Source of the DNA: Chiloscyllium plagiosum
Lineage: Eukaryota
NCBI RefSeq assembly: GCF_004010195.1
Contig: NC_057728.1
Span: forward strand, 54,211,607 to 54,275,606
Direction of reading: 5' to 3'
DNA length: 64,000 bases
Shown here: one piece after another, positions 36,943-48,922 of the stretch
Layout of the letters: each line of letters starts with the position of its first letter
Position numbering within the stretch: position 1 is the first letter of the stretch
Notes under the pieces: generated by a model
Databases searched by the model: none
The model's input: only the letters and a program-made list of their open reading frames with translations
Told to the model about the DNA's origin: nothing
Made by a program: the position numbers and the translations under genes

Positions 36943-39790
36943 AGAGTTATAGAGATGTTACAGCATGGAAACAGATTCTTTGGTCCAACCCGTCCATGTG
37001 ACCAGATATCCCAACCCTATCTAGTTCCACCTGCCAGCACTTGGCCCATATCCCTCCAAACCCTTCCTATTCATATACCCATCCAGATGCCTTTTAAATG
37101 TTGCAATCATACCAGCCTCCACCATTTCATCTGGCAGCTCATTCCATACATGTACCATCCTCTGTGTAAGAAAGTTGCCCCTTGGGTCGTATCTTTCCCC
37201 TCTCACCTTAAACCTATGCCCTGTAGTTTTGGACTCCCCACCCCAGGGAAGAGACTTTGTCTGTTTATCCTATGATGGTCTACATCCCAGGGTACTGAAG
37301 GAAGTGGCTCTAGAAATCGTGGATGCGCTGGTGATTATTTTCCAGAGTTCGATAGATTCAGGATCAGTTCCTGTGGATTGGAGGGTGGCTAATGTTGTAC
37401 CACTTTTTAAGAAAGGAGCGAGAGAGAAAGCAGGAAATTATAGACCAGTTAGTCTGACTTCAGTGGTGGGAAAGATGCTGGAGTCAATTATAAAGGATGA
37501 AATTACGACACATCTGGATAACAGTAACAGGATAGGTCAGAGTCAGCATGGATTTATGAAGGGGAAATCATGCTTGACTAATCTGGAATTTTTTGAGGAT
37601 GTAACTCTGAAGATGGACAAGGGAGATCCAGTGGATGTAGTGTACCTGGACTTTCAGAAAGCCTTTGATATAGTCCCACATAGGAGATTAGTGAGCAAAA
37701 TTAGGGCGCATGGTAATGGGGGCAAAGTACTGACTTGGATTGAAAATTGGTTGGCTGATAGGAAACAAAGAGTAGTGATAAACAGCTCCCTTTCGGAATA
37801 CCAGTGGGGTACCGCAGGGATCAGTGCTGGGACCGCAGCATTTTACAATGTACATTAATGATATAGAAGATGGTATTAATAGTAACATTAGCAAATTTGC
37901 TGATGATATAAAGCTGGGTGGCATGGTGAAATGTGAGGAGGATGTTAGGAGATTACAGGGTGACCTGGACAGGTTAGGTGAGTGGACAGATGCATGGCAG
38001 ATGCAGGTTAATGTGGATAAATGTATGGTTATCCACTGTGGTGGCAAGAACAGGAAGGCAGATTACTACCTAAATGGAGTCAAGTTAGGTAAAGGGGCTA
38101 TACAAAGAGATCTGGGTGTTCTTGTACACCAGTCAATGAAGGCAAGCATGCAGGTACAGCAGATAGTGAAGAAAGCTAACAGCATGCTGACCTTCATAAC
38201 AAGAGGGATTGAGTATAGAAGCAAAGAGTTTCTTCTGCAGCTGTACAGGGCCCTGGTGAGACCGCACCTGGAATATTGTGTCCGGTTCTTGTCTCCAAAT
38301 TTGAGGAAAGAAATTCTGGCTATTGAGGGAGTGCAGCGTAAGTTCACGAGGTCAATTCCTGGAATGGCGGGACTATCTTATGTTGAAAGATTGGAGCGAC
38401 TGAGAGGGGATCTGATTGAGACGTATAAGATTATTAAAGGTTTGGACACTCTGGAGGCAGGAAACATGTTTCCGCTGATGGGTGAGTCCCAAACCAGAGA
38501 ACACAGCTTAAAAATAAGGGGTAGGCCATTTAGGACAGATATGAGGAGAATCTTCTTCACCCAGAGAGTGGTGGGTGTGTGGAATGCTCTGCCCCAGAAG
38601 GCAGTGGAGGCCCAGTCTCTGGATTCATTTAAGAAAGAGTTGGATAGAGCTCTCAAGGATAGTGGCATCAAGGGTTATGGAGATAAGGCAGGAACAGGAT
38701 ACTGATTGAGGATGATCAGCCATGATCATAATGAATGGTGGTGCAGGCTCAAAGGGCAGAATGGCCTACTCCTGCACCTATTGTCTATTATCCATGCCCC
38801 TCATGATTTTATAAACATCTATAAGGTCACCACTCAGTCTCCGACTCTCCAGGAAAAACAGCCCTAGCCTATTCAACATCTCCCTACAGCTCAAATCTTC
38901 CAACCCAGGCAACATCCTTGTAAATCTTTTCTGAACCCTTTCAAGTTTCACAATATCCTTCCGACTGGAAGGCGACCAGAATGGCACGCAATATTCCAAC
39001 TGTGGCCTAACTAATCTCCTGTACAGCCGCAACATGACCTCCCAACTTCTGTACTCAATACTCTGACCAGTAAAGGAAAGCATACCAGATATTTTCTTCA
39101 CTATCCTATCCACCTGCAAGTCCACCTTCAAGGAGCTATGAACCTGCACTCGAAGATCTCTTTGTTCAGCAACACTCCCTAGGACCTTGCCACTAAGTGT
39201 ATAAATCCTGTTAAGATTTGATTTCCCAAAATGCAGCACCTTGCATTTATCTAACTTAAACTCCATCTGACACTTCTCAGCCATTGGCCCATCTGATCAA
39301 GATCCTGTTGTAATCTGAGGTAAAACCCTCTTCGCTTCAAGCCTTCAATTTTGGTGTCATCTGCAAACTTACTAACTACACCTCTTATGCTCACATCCAA
39401 ATCATTTATGTAAATGACGAAAAGTAGTGGACCCAGCACTGATCCTTGTGGCACTCCACTGGTAATGGGTGTCTAGTCTGAAAAACAACTTTCCACCACC
39501 ACCATCACCCTGTCTTCTACCTTTTGAGCCAGTTCTGTATCAAAATTCTCCCTGTATTCCATGACATCAAACCTTCCTAACCAGTCTCCTATGGGGAACC
39601 TTGTTGAACGCATTATTGAAATCCATGTAGATCATGTCCACTGCTCTGCCCTTCTCCATTCTCTTTGTTACTACTTCAAAAAACTCAATCAAGTTTGAGA
39701 CATGATTTCCCACGCACAAAGCCATGTTGACTATCCCTATTCTGTCCTTGCCTTTCCAAATACATGTACGTCCTGTCCCTCAGGATTCCC
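36943..39790 (-). mobile_element. 5'-truncated CR1 LINE split by a nested insertion at 37274-38789
   Basis: 3' tail at 36943-37273. The RT continues at 38790-39790 ([16 protein letters not shown]). Confidence 0.9.
37274..38789 (+). mobile_element. Second CR1 family, RT half, nested in the opposite orientation
   Basis: 227-aa and 293-aa ORFs (NYRPVSLTSVVGK, YLDFQKAFD, FADD) separated by one frameshift; distinct (cctattgt)n tail. Confidence 0.92.
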
Positions 39791-41859
39791 TCAGTCGACA
39801 CCGTAGCAATTTGAATGTATTTCCAATTAAGCTAATCATATCACTGACAAAGATTTGTTGTCCATCTTCGTCCTTCATGTTTTCCCAGAGTTATCTTTCT
39901 TCTTGAGGCTTTTCACAATGGATATTGTATTCAAGTAACATTTGCCAACTGTACCATGTTAACTGCCAATTAATTGGATACTTGTCGCCTACTTCAGGAC
40001 CTTATTCATTTCTCCCTGCAATGAATAGGGGGCTGCTTATACTGTCTGAAACTGGTTTGAATCTTTTCTTCTATTGCTTCTGGTGGTTTTGTGGATCAGT
40101 AACTACTTTGGAATCTATATCTATGATCATCTGAAGAATCTTAACTAAAACCTACTCTTAGTATTGATGAAGCAATTCAAGAGAAACAGCTAATTTGTGT
40201 AAAATGTTCTTATTTATGTCTTAAGCATTGGCAAGTAACCTTGAGACTACAGAGCTGCTACTGTGCTACTTGTGAAGATGACATTAAGCAAATATTTTCC
40301 CAAGCGCTCTAACTTGTCAGCCATGTTTTGCTGCATTAGCCATGGGCAGCCATCAGCTCTTTGTGCTGCTGTATCATGCGCAGCCCTAACAGTGGGGAAT
40401 GGGAAACTGCGTTTAAATAAAGTGAGATTTGGTAATAATGAGATTGCAATGCATGCGAATAGGCTCACTAATGTGAAATTTGTCTCACCATTCAACATGT
40501 TTTGAGAGCCAAAAATCCAGTTTTCAATCCAAGAAGCTCCTTGCTGGCTATCTTGTGTACATTTTCCAGTTTTCTCACCAATGATCATGCCTTTCATGGA
40601 CTAGTCACAGTTGCAAGAGCCGCAGTAGGGTTTTTCCAACATTAAACTGGAAAAATAATTCAAATAGAGAGTTGAAGATCATGGTGTTCTGAAGAAGATT
40701 CATTGAATTCACAATGAGTATTTATCTCGCTCAACTGTAGCTGTCAGACCTGCTGAGTTCTGCCAGCATTTCCTGTTGTCTTGAAGATGGTGACAACAGC
40801 TGCAAGGTTAAGCAGAAGAGATTGTGTGTGTAATATCCAGCTCACGAACATGAAAACCACGTCTTTGCTTTCAAGTAAAATTACTGGAGGGGTAAATGGT
40901 GAGAAGAAATGAAACTTGGATTACCAAATTAACCATGCAAGCACCATTGAAGAATATTGAATAAGTGCAAGTAGGATTCAGAATTTGGAGGGAGTCCAGC
41001 AGACTGTGGAAGAGACATACAGGAAGAATGGAGTGAATGTCAGAAAAAAGCCACAGTTCTGTAAGATGTTGCCTATGCCTTGGACCATTGCTGCATGTGG
41101 TGGAAGCCCCACTGGAGGACTTAAAATAAATCCTAAAGACGTATGCAACTGTAATTGCAATGCTCTCGTGAAAGTGTTCTTTATTTTTTCACGGAATATA
41201 GGCATCACTGGTAAGATCAGCATTTAGCCTATCCTAATTGTCCTTGAACTGAGTATTTGCTCAGCTGTATCAGAGGGCATTTAAGAGTCAGCCACCTTGT
41301 AGGTATGAAATGTTAGACCAGGTAAGGGTAGCAGATTTCCTTCCCTAAGCACATTAGTTTTCTTTTTTTATTCTATCTGCGCTGGTTGTTATTACTATCT
41401 TTACTGCTGCTAGCTTTGTTTCAGATTTAATACCATTGATAAATTTAATTTTCAACAGCTAATAATCCTGCTGCACTGCAAAACTGATGATGGAATATGG
41501 CTTGAGAAATGCCAGTCCAATGTTATGGTTGAGTGATGATAGATTCAGGAGTACTATTTGAGTAATTTCTGCCTTCTGTTGTACAAATATGAGTGAATTG
41601 AAATATGTCAAATGCACATTTTAACCTCTGGTGTACTGTTAAGTAATTTTCATCATTTATCATATGTATGAAGCAATTTTTTTAAAATATTCATATTAAA
41701 AGCCATATAAATCTTGCACTGTCTTGTTAAGAGCTGTGTCGAGTAATGTAGTTGATTTGTTCTCTCTCTATGTTCAATGCACTTTGTACCAGTTACAGTC
41801 ATTTTCAATACTTGTTTTTTTTTTCAAAGAGTCCAATAAAATTTCAATTTTAAAAAAAA

Positions 41860-42720
41860 ATCACTCATGGTACCACTGGCTGGACCAGCATTTATTGCCC
41901 ATCCCTAGTTGCTGGTGAACTGACTTCTTGAACTGCAATGTATCTAGTCGAGGTATACTGCCAGTATAGTTAGGAAGGGAGTTCCATGACTTTGACCCAG
42001 TGACATTGAAAGAACAGTGTATTTCTGTCTAAGGAGCCTTGGTGCATTTCTGCAGTCCATCTTATGGATGGATACAAAAACAGAAGTTGCTGGAGAAACT
42101 CAGTTGGTGTGGCAACATCTATGGGGAGAAAGCAGAGTTAATATTTCAAGTCCAGGACTTTTTTTTTCTTAAGAATGAATGTCAAGAGGGTGGTGGGTGG
42201 ATTCTCTCTCTTGGGGATGTCATTGTCTATTATTGTGTGGTGTGAATGTTATTTGACGTTTGTTAAAACAAAATGAATGTTGTACAGTTTTTGCTGCATT
42301 TATTGCTTCAGTGTCTGAGTCATTGTGAATAGTATTGTATGTTGTGCAGTGAGCATCCCCACTTCTGACCTTGTGGTGAAGGGAAGGTGTTTGATAAAGC
42401 AGCTGATGGACCAACAACACTCCCCCGAGAAACTCCTGTGACGACTGCCTTCCAATAACTGCAGCCGTCTTCCTTTGTGCCACTTGTAGAGTTGTCTCAT
42501 TGATGTCCATTGACTTCAGTTTTGCTAGGGCTTCTTGTTGCCACACTGTTAAATGCGACCTTGATGTCAAAGGCAGTCGTTCTTGCCCCACATCTGGAAT
42601 TTAATTCAAGTTTCAACCAAGGCTGTCATGAGGTTAGGAGCTGAGCGGTTCTGGCAGAACCCAAACTAGGGGTCAACAAGCTGATTGGTAGTAAGCAAGT
42701 GCTGCTTGATAGTACGTTAA
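41860..42720 (-). mobile_element. Old LINE fragments (CR1/L2 group)
   Basis: Same tail as 7755-8180 in reverse; decayed RT-like text (LAKLKSMDI). Confidence 0.5.
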
Positions 42721-43380
42721 TAGTGATTTGAAAGAAGCTTGTGTGCATATTATACCTTGTATATCTCAAACACTCTAAAATGCATCATTTAGATTAATTT
42801 ACTCTTTAGTTATTGTTATAAAAAGCTTGCAGTTATATAGCATTTTACAAGACTTTGTGTCCCGATGCACTATAGCTTATGATCAGCTTTTTGAACCATA
42901 CCTACTGTAATGTAGGTAACATCCAGTTTGCATTACAATCAGCAATAAATTGTCTGGATGGGGATATGAATAGGAAGCATTTAGAGGGATATGGGCCAAG
43001 TGCTGGCAAATGGGACTAGATTAGGTTGGGATATCTAGTTGGCATGGGAGATTGGACCGAAGGTCTGTTTCCGTGCTATACGCCTCTATGACTTTGAGTT
43101 TGTGGTGTGGGTTGAAAAATAACTGACCAGATTATTGACAGACCTCCAATGCCCTCACGCAAAAAATGCCCTGTGATCTTTTTGCATCCACTTGAAAAGA
43201 CAAACAGGACCTTGATTGTACCATCTGAAAAATAACACCTTTCGATAGCACAGCACTTCCTTCAGTTCCACACTAGACTGTCAGTATAAACTAGGTTCAA
43301 ATCTCGAGAGTGGAACCTAACTCTCTAAGACAACAAATATTTTTCTACTTTTGGGCTAAACTTAATACTTTATGGAATAA

Positions 43381-43595
43381 GAGATGGAAATGTGTTGCTG
43401 GAAAAGCGCAGCAGGTCAGGCAGCATCTAGGGAACAGGAGAATCGACGTTTCGGGCATTAGCCCATTCCTGAAGAAGGGCTAATGCCCGAAACGTCGATT
43501 CTCCTGTTCCCTAGATGCTGCCTGACCTGCTGCGCTTTTCCAGCAACACATTTCCGTCTCTGATCTCCAGCATCTGCAGACCTCACTTTCTCCTC
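43381..43595 (+). mobile_element. Young 215-bp palindromic PLE-derived element with 14-bp TSD
   Basis: actttatggaataa at 43367-43380 and 43596-43609; 84-bp arms with a single mismatch. Confidence 0.9.
43465..43500 (+). ncRNA. Minimal type I hammerhead ribozyme motif
   Basis: CTGAAGA (43469-43475), extra A, stem II GGGC-TAAT-GCCC, GAAA (43489-43492), palindromic ACGT stem III, GUC cleavage triplet ending at 43496. Stem I is weak (3 of 4 bp). Activity is untested. Confidence 0.65.
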
Positions 43596-44739
43596 ACTTT
43601 ATGGAATAAATACAACAATCATTTTTGTACTCGATAAACATTGAGATGAATGAATAAAGGACTACACAAGATGTCAATTGAACACTGCTTACATTTGTGA
43701 ATAGTACATTGGCATCTTTACTCATTTAATTCATTAATTAAATAAGCCATTCTATTAAGTTATAATGTACGTCATAGCTTCTCACTCACTAGATTGCTAA
43801 CTATTCACAAAAATTCCAGACAGGCTTAAGCCCTCACAATTCTAACACAAAGGTGAAAGGTTGTAGCTGTAATCTCATCCCAGGATATTCTCTATAGTTA
43901 TAAACTACTGAAGCTTCATTCCAATCATTTATAATGGTACCGAAGCTTGTTGGTGAGGTAATCACCCTAATGAGTACTCTTTGGCATGCATTATTCTCAC
44001 TTTGCAATGAATAAAAAATTGTAAAGCTTATAAAACTAAATAACCAATGGATTTATAAAAAGCAGCAAAGACAAGGCAGATAGAATAGTTACCTGCGATA
44101 AAATATCTGGCTTTATGGTCAGCTATTAGGTAGGAGTTATCAAATGAACCTGATGCACCATATGGAAGGGAAAAGCACACAATGTTAGCAAGTGGTTAGC
44201 CAGGCCTCTGGCTGTGCTGCAGAATAAGAACAGGGAAGATGATGCATTATTTATAAAGTCTGCGTCATGCCTTGCTGTGAAGCGATAATTCCATGATAAT
44301 TCGTGTAATAAATGTAATAAACAGCACTTAAAAATTAGCAAAAAGAGGAAGAAATTAGTTTGGAAGCGATAGCCATTTTACAGTATGCCCAGGGAGTAAA
44401 AGGATTTTACCTTCATGCAGTTTCATTTTTCTCCTTTCACTGTTTTCTGCCTCACTGTTCATTTTTAGCTCGTGGGGATTTCATCTGTGCCATCTGACCA
44501 AGATTTTGCTCCACGCACTATAAGTAAGGGGCAATAGGTGAACACTTTTTTGCTGTTCCATGAGTTGTCTACTTCTGCTATTTCCTGATATCTGCTGTTT
44601 ATCTTGACATCTCTGTCTTTCTATAGTATGGTAACCATTTGCATTGAATATCTTGCGTGAAGAGAGGAAAAAATATAGACTGCAATTGGATGGAAAAAAA
44701 ATAAATAAAAAGAGAAGCAGATTTTTTTAAATGTAAAGG

Positions 44740-45928
44740 GAATTCAAGTACAATGGAATCTTGATCAGATGGGCCAATGGGCGGAGGAATGACAGATGGA
44801 GATTAATTTAGATAAGTGTGAAATGTTCCATTTTGGAAAGGCAGATCAGAGCAGGATTTATACACTTAATGGTAAAGTCCTGGGGAGTATTGCTGAATAA
44901 AGATGCTTTGCAGTGCAGGTTCATCAATCCCTGAAAGTGGAGTCATCGGTAGAAAGGATAGTGAAGAAGGCGTTTGGTATGCTTGCCTTTATTGGTCAGT
45001 GCATTGAGTATTGAAGTTGGGAGGTCATGTTGTGGCTGTACAGAATGTTGGTTAGGCCACTTTTGGAATATTGCATGCAATTCTAGACTCTCTCCTATTG
45101 GAAGGATGTTATGAAACTTGAAAGGTTCAGAAAAGGTTTACAAGGATGTTGCCAGGGTTGGAGGATTTGAGCTATAGATTACTTACAGTGTGGAAACAGG
45201 CCCTTCGGCCCAACAAGTCCACACCGCCCCGCCGAAGCGCAACCCACCCATACCCCTACATTTACCCCTTACCTAACACTACGGGCAATTTAGCATGGCC
45301 AATTCACCTGACCTGCACATCTTTGGACTGTGGGAGGAAACCGGAGCACCCGGAGGAAACCCACACAGACAAGGGGGAGAACGTGCAAACTCCACACAGT
45401 CAGTCGCCTGAGGCGGGAATTGAACCCGGGTCTCAGGCGCTGTGAGGCAGCAGTGCTAACCACTGTGCCACCGTGCCGCCCATAGGGAGAGGTTGAATAG
45501 GCTGAGGCTGTTTGCTGTGAAGCATCGGAGGCTGAGGGGTGACCTTATATAAGTTTATAAAATCATGAGGGACATGGATAGGGTAAATAGATGAGGTCTT
45601 TTTTCCTGCGGTGGGGTAGTCCAGAACTAGAGGGCATAGGTTTAGAGTGAGTGGGGGAAAATTTAAAAGGGATCTAATAGGCAACTTTTTCATGCAGAGG
45701 GTGGTACGTGTATGGGATGAGCTGCCAGAGGAAGTGGTGGAGGTTGGTACAATTACAACATTAAACAGCATCTGGATGGGTGTGTGAATAGGAAGGGTTT
45801 GAAAGGATATGGGCCAAGTGCTGGCAAATGGGACTAGATTAGAATAGGATATCTGGTCGGCATGGACGAGTTGGATCAAAGGGTCTGTTTTTGTGCTGTA
45901 CGTCTATAGGCTCTATGACTATGACTCT
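44740..45928 (+). mobile_element. 5'-truncated CR1 LINE containing a nested SINE
   Basis: Colinear with 31700-32568. Confidence 0.9.
45178..45481 (-). mobile_element. Full-length young HE1-type V-SINE with ATAG target duplication
   Basis: Reverse complement starts gggcggcacggtggcacagtggttagc (A box) ... gggttcaattccc (B box). CpGs are intact. It interrupts the CR1 sequence gagctatag|ggagagg. Confidence 0.92.
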
Positions 45929-46884
45929 ATTTACAAAAAAAAGCCATTGGTTTTGATACATCTGTATGTTTCCCATGGCACTTTCGTTACTGGGTATTTT
46001 ACATTTTCAGGACATTTTTACATTGGGGCGAAACTTTGCTTTGAGGTTGTTAAGTACACTGGCTTTCAAAATTTTCTCTTCAGTACAGGTAGTTTTTCTA
46101 TAATGTGATAGTTGCATTCTTGTGTGACCCCATTATAAACTTTGCGTAATTAAAATAGCACTTGGTGTTGGCGATGCAACCGTATTATAGCCAGCACATG
46201 TTTTAGAAGTTCACGCTATAGAAGCAGCATCCCCTATTTGTCAATCGTGTTACAGCCTATTCACGTTGACGAAATGCATATCATTGCAGAAAATAAATTT
46301 CGTTCAGCATAATAGAAAACGGGTTGTTCTGCTAAGACTACAGAAAACAATTTGAGAAACATCACTTGTGTTTGAAACTTCTTTGGCACGTGATGTAATT
46401 AAGAACTTGAGAGCTGACATTGTCTGTTTGAAGAGAAAACCTGCAACAAAACCTAAATTTGTAATTCAGAATGCTGCGAGAGCTGTCGCTAAAATAATGA
46501 GGTTAGAAATTCTGGAAAATTGCTAGATAAATGACCCATTACCATAGGCTTATGTTCTTTTAGCACATCGTAGAGATAAAATATAACCGTTTAATTTATG
46601 CACCTCAGCAATCACTATTTACAAGCTTTTTTACATGTTCATTTTATTGAAATAAAATAGCTTAACAATTTCTATCTGTCTTGATCTAATTAAATAATTG
46701 TCAGTATGTCTGTGAGATTTAACTATGAATATTATTGTTATTTCCTGAATCTCTCTCTTTTTCACAAATAGGCACAAGGGAATGTGAGTCAACTACATAA
46801 TGTGTTTAAATTGTTTGACTGTGATGATCATAAGAAATCCATACAGAAACTATGTGATTTGATGTTGATTTATTCTTTCTGAAG

Positions 46885-47056
46885 CAACTACCTCAATTGA
46901 TAAGTGCCTTATGATATGGAACTTGAAGCCACAAACCAGAGCCTACCGATTTACAGGACACAAGGATGCTGTGATGTCTGTCCACTTTTCCCCGTCAGGT
47001 CATCTGGTGGCATCTGCTTCACGAGATAAAACTGTTCGACTCTGGACTCCAAATGT
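46885..47056 (+). CDS. POC1B: POC1B exon 3 ([30 protein letters not shown]...[11 protein letters not shown])
   Basis: tgaag| acceptor, |gtgagt donor, 172 nt, phase-consistent WD40 repeats. Confidence 0.95.
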
Positions 47057-48742
47057 GTGAGTAATGCAAGTAAACCTTGAATGTGTAAGTGTATTTTACA
47101 GGTAGCAGATATATTAATTACACAAATGTTATGAAGTAGATTTGTTTTGACATTCTAGCAAGTATAGATTGCATTGTTGCACTGAAAGCATTTCTAAGAT
47201 CTTTGATCAAACTGAAGCTACTGAATCGTCTTTAGCATTGCTGTGATTGCTCTCTTATGTATGCTCTTGCTTCTGTTCTTCTTTTCTCATCCACATAAAG
47301 AATGGGCATTTTCTTCTTTTTTTTTTCTACATTTTTACTTTCATTTTATGCTGTCCTTTTTATCCCTGTCTCCTGTTTCACTTCTCACACTAATTTTCCT
47401 TACATTTATCTTATAAGTTTTGTTTTCTTGTAATGAGGATTCAGGTTGGCAGCCAAGAATCTCTCACAAATTTATGGCATACAAGTGTGTAGGTAGTCCA
47501 AGGAACATCCAGATCTGGGTGAATGAACCAATAGGTTCTTCACTGTAAGATTTTAGAGAGATAAATGAGGGCAGAAGCAGGAAAGTTTGATTATTTTATT
47601 ATCACCTGGTTGATTCTTACTGACTATTGCCATCTCGATTTATTCACTTCGAATGAATTAATTATTTGAATTGAAATATACTGTCACTGGTGTTTGCCCT
47701 AAAGAGATAAGATTTTGTGAAATATGACTCCTGTGAAGATATGATGCAAGAGATTTGCACTGGATACAAGACCATTGTATACAATTAGAATATAAATCAG
47801 ACCAGTTTAGCTACAATTCTCTAGATTCTCTTTCTGCAGTCAAGTTGCCAAGGTGATTTCATCAAATAAGGTACTCTGCATACATTTTGCAGTCTCTAAA
47901 ACTGACTGTAATGGAGCTGTGAAGTATCTGTCAAGATGATTTTCCATAATGAAATCATCTTTGCACATAGGCTATTTTCAGTTCTGTTTCTGGAGTGAAT
48001 TAAAATGAAATATTTGAAAGAACTTGATCAGAATTTAAAAAGAAAATATTCATGAATGGTTTTGTCTTCACATTTTCCTTTCTCTTTGGGGAGAAAGAAA
48101 CAACATTAGTAGTGTTCTGTACAATCATTTGGTATAGTATTCAATTTGCACATAGTTTTATAACATCTTTTGCATATCCTCTTTTAAATGGTTTCCACAT
48201 AGTATGAGCTTACCTCTTAGTGTTTGGATATTTTCTAATCAACTTGTGCAGATTTGTTATTAAAAGTCTGTGGAGCAGGTGGGACTTGAACCAAGGCTTC
48301 CTGGTCACTGAACCACGAGGGCCCTCTTAGCATCTAGTCTTGTATTTTCAATATGATTTCAGGGCAGTACAAGCTGTTACACTGAAAATCCAGTCTGCTC
48401 AGCATCGTGTTTATTATGTAGTAAAGATTCCAGGGATGATATCTAGAATACTAAATTGATACAATTAAGCAGAGCAGCGATTTCTAGAGTATAAAACTCC
48501 ACTTAGTTTCAAAAAGTGTGCTTTTTTCATCCAATAACCGTTTGACGACAACATTGCGGTTAAATCATGTTTAAATTGAAAATGAATTGAAGGGAGTGTT
48601 GTTTTCCTAAAGGAAGAGTTTTGTCACTTTTTAGGTCTTAAAAATAGCATTGATGTTTGTTAAATTGATTTAGAAACAGCCTGTGTTATCTGGTATATCT
48701 GTTTTAGAAAGCCCTGAAGTGATTTTGCTGTCTTCTAATTAG

Positions 48743-48922
48743 TAAAGGAACATCAACTACATTCACAGCCCACAGTGCCGTAGTTCGCAGTGTGAACTTC
48801 TCCTGTGATGGAAATTTCCTGGTTACGGCATCTGACGACAAATCAATAAAGATGTGGAACACGCATCAACAACGGTTTCTTTTATCATTTAAAGGACACA
48901 ATAACTGGGTTCGTTCTGCCAG
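48743..48922 (+). CDS. POC1B: POC1B exon 4 ([23 protein letters not shown]...GHNNWVRSA)
   Basis: attag| acceptor, |gtacgt donor, 180 nt, WD40. Confidence 0.95.

Noticed and set aside
45400..45481. tRNA-like sequences with A/B boxes (also 57470 and 59240)
   Set aside because: They are SINE heads followed by V-domain bodies, not tRNA genes.
46085..46300. Possible Tigger-like MITE starting ta|caggtagtt
   Set aside because: A matching right terminal repeat could not be identified.
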